64,000 nucleotides of DNA from an uncultured Gammaproteobacteria bacterium. GTDB lineage: Bacteria > Patescibacteriota > Microgenomatia > UBA12405. Shown piece by piece: positions 60,823 through 64,000 of the stretch; the first letter of the stretch is position 1, and each line of letters begins with the position of its first letter. The translations under genes were made by a program, and so were the position numbers. The notes below the pieces were generated by a model, which was not told where the DNA came from, made no database searches, and worked only from the letters and a program-made list of their open reading frames with translations. The stretch lies in NCBI GenBank assembly GCA_964538765.1, contig CAZIHS010000002.1, positions 1,327 to 65,326 of the forward strand, in the 5' to 3' direction.

Positions 60823-61972
60823 ACTACTTTTTATTTTTAACCAGCTTCTATTTCCCTGTTTAATGAGCGGCGGTGATGTTAAAGGTCACCAAGTCTACAC
60901 GCTGGTATGCCAATCAAAAATATTCGACCCGTCAGTGGTCACCCCCTCATCCAGCCAAAATCTCTTTCCCCAAAACCCAAAAAATAACGTTAAGGTAATC
61001 GGCAATCCTGTCGGCAAACCATATTTAGTTAACCGTTTCTGGGTTACCTTGTATTACATACTTCGTGCTTTCCACACCATCCCCAAAATTATTACCAGAA
61101 ATTTTGATTCCATCTACACCACCGGCGATTTCTTTTGCAACACCTTCCCGGCCTATATCTATAAAATTACCCATCCAAAGTGCCGTTGGAATGCCTGCGT
61201 TTTCCACTTAAATCCAAAGCCAAGCAACAGGCAAAATACCTATTTTAATAGCCTGTTTTCCTACATTTTTCAAAAAGTAGGCATATTCTTTATTAATTCA
61301 AAAGCCGACAATGTTTTTCTTCTAAACCACCAAATCCGCCACCAGTTGGTTATTCAAAATTTTCGTCCAAATATGGTAGTTTCGGGGGCAGGTATCGATT
61401 CAAGCCACATATTAGCAAACACCCCTAAAATAACCTCTCCCCAGCCCCATTCCTTGCTTTTTCTGGGTCGGATCTGCCAAACCAAAGGAGCTCTAGACTT
61501 GCCCCTTATCTTAAGCAAAATTAAAAATATATATCCGGATACCCACCTAAACATGGTCGGCACTCCAGACATGTCAATATTAAATAAACTTAAAGACTCA
61601 TTTAATTCACTCGGCCTGAATAGCAACTACACCCTCCACAACTATGTAGCCGACAAAACTAAATACCGGTTAATAAAAGAATCAGAAGTGTGTATTTTCC
61701 CTTCATATGAGGAAGGCTGGAACATCTCGCTATTTGAATGCTTGTTTTTAAAAAGATTTTCCCTCGTTTACAAACTTAATTTTTACCGCCCGATTTTTAA
61801 AACGAATTTAATCCAAGTCCCTCTCGGAAACAAAAATCAATTTTCCAAAACTGTTGTCGATTATTTTATCAACCCTTCGTCTTTTGCTAAAAACATTTCT
61901 GCCTGCCACCGCATTTCACGTCAATACCAATGGCGCAACGTCTATAACAAAGAACTCCCTTTTCTTTTCTAG
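60803..61972 (+). CDS. GT4 glycosyltransferase
   Basis: SGG, FLGR..TKG, PSYEEGWNISLFE. Confidence 0.82.
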   Translation: MEKAKPKLLFIFNQLLFPCLMSGGDVKGHQVYTLVCQSKIFDPSVVTPSSSQNLFPQNPKNNVKVIGNPVGKPYLVNRFWVTLYYILRAFHTIPKIITRNFDSIYTTGDFFCNTFPAYIYKITHPKCRWNACVFHLNPKPSNRQNTYFNSLFSYIFQKVGIFFINSKADNVFLLNHQIRHQLVIQNFRPNMVVSGAGIDSSHILANTPKITSPQPHSLLFLGRICQTKGALDLPLILSKIKNIYPDTHLNMVGTPDMSILNKLKDSFNSLGLNSNYTLHNYVADKTKYRLIKESEVCIFPSYEEGWNISLFECLFLKRFSLVYKLNFYRPIFKTNLIQVPLGNKNQFSKTVVDYFINPSSFAKNISACHRISRQYQWRNVYNKELPFLF

Positions 61973-63678
61973 CTTCCCCCAACCTGTTTACTAATTTCAA
62001 CCATTGCTCCCAATGCTGACTGGTTTTTTGGATCCAATTCTAGCGATTTTTTAAACGACCTTATTGCCTCATCTCTTTGGCCAAGCCTTGACAAAACCAC
62101 TCCATAAACAAACCAAGACTGGGAACTGTTCGGCGTTTTTTGAACTAAAGTCACCACATGTTTTACCGCCTGCTCGGCATTTTTTTCAATGAGATCAATC
62201 TGTACTAAACTCATATATGTTTGATAGAGATCAGGATTGAAACTTATTGCGGTTTCATAGCTTTGCCTGGCCAAATCGTATCGGCCCATTTTAAAAAATA
62301 TATTGGCCCGGTTATGATACGCATCAGCATAGTTACTCTTAACCACCGTTGATTGGGTAAAACCCTTTACAGCACTTTCTAAATCATTAAGTTTGTCATA
62401 GTCATCGCCTATATTATTCCACGCATTATGACTATTCGGAGACACCTGTACCGTATTCACCCAAAGCTTATGGTTTGTTTGCCAATCGATGTTTCTCAAA
62501 AATATTCTGTATCCATAAAACCCGCAAACAACAATCAGCGCCCCCAACGCCAAACGCGCACTTCGTTTCTCCAACGCCTCAAATATGATTCCAACCAGCA
62601 TTGCCGCACCCAAAGAACCCAAAAACATGTATCTCTCGGCTACTAACCAGCTAACTTTTAACGGGGTCATTGAGGGAGCCGCCGCCAAAAATATAAATAC
62701 CAGTGCAAAAAACATCCTTTTATTCTTAAAAAGAAAATATCCCGCCGCTGACAAATATGTAATCAAAATAGACCAGTTCAACCAAGAAGGGATAACAAAC
62801 AGAGTGTGATATAAAGTTAAATCAACCGGAAAAAATATTAACTGGAGATATTTAGAAACAGATAAAGGATATTGGAAAAAAGGGCTATAAAGCATATCTC
62901 CAAGGCCGCTGACACCACCGTTGACTGCCTGGATTCTAAATTTAATTAGAGGATACATGATCAAAGAAAACAAAAAAACCATCAAAAGCGAAACCAGAGC
63001 AACCCTAGCAAAACTAAAATTCTTACGTATTCTAACCCCGAATAAAAATATATACGCCAAACCTATCAAAACCGCTGAACCAAATCTTGTTTTTTCCGCT
63101 AAAAAATTAATTGGAAATAAAAGTACAACCAACTTCAGGTATCGTTTATTTCCAGTCCTTTCATATAAAGATAGAAAAATCAGCTCTAATAATACAAAAA
63201 AGGCATTAAGTAAATATGGCTTACCGGACACCCAGCTAACCGCTTCAACATGAATTGGAAAAAAACTAAATACCAGAATTGTATAAAACACAGCTCTGCT
63301 GTCAGAAATTATACGTAACCAGATAAACGCTAAAGTTATTACCACCAAGTAAAGGCAAAGACTGAAAATATGGTAAGGAACTGGGTTTTGGTTTCCAAAA
63401 AACGAAGCGATAAACGCATTAATCGTTAAGGGCAAGCTAATCTGCTTTATGGCGCCAACCACGTTACCCGCTTCAGGGTTCTGACTGATAGTCGCGTAAT
63501 CATCTGAAACAAAATGACCCCAAAGACCGTTCACATAAACAACAGATACTAAAAAGTACAATACCATCAAAAACCTTAAATTCCGCCTGACAACTCCAAT
63601 AACATCAAAATTGACAACATTTTCAGTCACCAAAACACTTTTTTTTTCAATTCTTTTAAGCTTATTTTTCTTGGACAT
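61969..63678 (-). CDS. TMTC-like (GT105-type) GT-C glycosyltransferase with C-terminal TPRs
   Basis: FVSDDY, PIHVEAVSWVSG, AERYMFL, RNIDW....LW, then about 4 TPRs (AWNNIG, AYHNRA, SWFVYG..A...F..SLELDP). Confidence 0.85.
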   Translation of the reverse strand: MSKKNKLKRIEKKSVLVTENVVNFDVIGVVRRNLRFLMVLYFLVSVVYVNGLWGHFVSDDYATISQNPEAGNVVGAIKQISLPLTINAFIASFFGNQNPVPYHIFSLCLYLVVITLAFIWLRIISDSRAVFYTILVFSFFPIHVEAVSWVSGKPYLLNAFFVLLELIFLSLYERTGNKRYLKLVVLLFPINFLAEKTRFGSAVLIGLAYIFLFGVRIRKNFSFARVALVSLLMVFLFSLIMYPLIKFRIQAVNGGVSGLGDMLYSPFFQYPLSVSKYLQLIFFPVDLTLYHTLFVIPSWLNWSILITYLSAAGYFLFKNKRMFFALVFIFLAAAPSMTPLKVSWLVAERYMFLGSLGAAMLVGIIFEALEKRSARLALGALIVVCGFYGYRIFLRNIDWQTNHKLWVNTVQVSPNSHNAWNNIGDDYDKLNDLESAVKGFTQSTVVKSNYADAYHNRANIFFKMGRYDLARQSYETAISFNPDLYQTYMSLVQIDLIEKNAEQAVKHVVTLVQKTPNSSQSWFVYGVVLSRLGQRDEAIRSFKKSLELDPKNQSALGAMVEISKQVGGS

Positions 63679-63738
63679 ACCAACAGCTATAATCTTACCA
63701 AATCGTTTTACCTAATTTCCAACCCCAATCATTTCAAA

Positions 63739-64000
63739 TCAAAACATATCTCTAAAAAATCCTGCCACCTTATGGGCACTGTGCCTCAATCTGAAATTTA
63801 AATCGTCAACAATAATTAAGTCAGCCACAACGGTACTAATATCACAATTAACATCGTGTTTTATTGGAAAAGAATGTTCCATGCTATATAACTTCAAAAC
63901 CTCAGTAAGCAGTTTCCTATCAAGTTTTGACAGATCAGCCATAACAATCATATCTAACCTTAATTTAGCCCCCAGATATTTTTTCAAAAGTTTCACATAG
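63739..64000 (-). CDS. Hypothetical protein, probably the 3' end of a gene that begins outside the window
   Basis: Frame is open to the window edge; no motif recognised. Confidence 0.4.
   Translation of the reverse strand, partial: YVKLLKKYLGAKLRLDMIVMADLSKLDRKLLTEVLKLYSMEHSFPIKHDVNCDISTVVADLIIVDDLNFRLRHSAHKVAGFFRDMF

Noticed and set aside
1408-63253. Numerous 60-134 aa ORFs nested in or antisense to long genes (e.g. 1408, 5732, 12679, 19329, 44019, 62921)
   Set aside because: They overlap well-supported genes and have no motifs or promoter signature; they are shadow ORFs.
11855-63647. Homopolymer runs (C8 at 11855-11862, A8 at 43821 and 51008, T9 at 63639-63647) as phase-variation switches
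   Set aside because: They are short, all affected ORFs are intact, and such runs are expected at this composition.
1-64000. Alternative genetic code (TGA=Gly, as in some CPR lineages)
   Set aside because: Genes are full length under code 11, many end in TGA within ATGA overlaps, and an intact RF2 is present.
1-64000. CRISPR array, tRNA/rRNA, IS/integrase, prophage, or a DGR/invertase diversifying the GT-C array
   Set aside because: No regular repeats, long near-identical duplications, reverse transcriptase or recombinase motifs were seen, and intergenic gaps are mostly too small. This is by eye only.

Overview
A gene-dense, AT-rich bacterial window using the standard code. Gene content and style point to a Patescibacteria/CPR genome, probably Microgenomates; this is inference, not a database result. 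1-15 kb holds housekeeping and envelope genes: the 3' part of serS, secA, a PNPOx-like protein, an orphan receiver, HIT, typA/bipA, a membrane-anchored C39-like/cyclophilin/CPHC-thioredoxin trio, a frameshift-free prfB, an LCP phosphotransferase, ftsE-ftsX, and a coiled-coil protein whose M23 peptidase domain appears circularly permuted. From 15.7 to 63.7 kb runs an almost uninterrupted ~48 kb surface-glycosylation island: about 17 multi-TM GT-C-fold proteins in several motif classes (including a TMTC-like TPR fusion and one lacking the catalytic loop), 12 GT2, 3 GT4, a Wzx flippase, and a tailoring block (2 radical SAM, methyltransferase, NodU-type carbamoyltransferase). It contains no recognisable nucleotide-sugar synthesis genes. 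It is flanked by a divergent DUF11 protein with a VPETG sortase-type signal. Nine transcription-unit starts have a TANNNT -10 box 6-7 nt before the start codon and no Shine-Dalgarno, suggesting leaderless mRNAs. The + strand is C-rich whichever way genes point. No rRNA, tRNA, CRISPR or mobile element was recognised. All family calls come from motifs read by eye.
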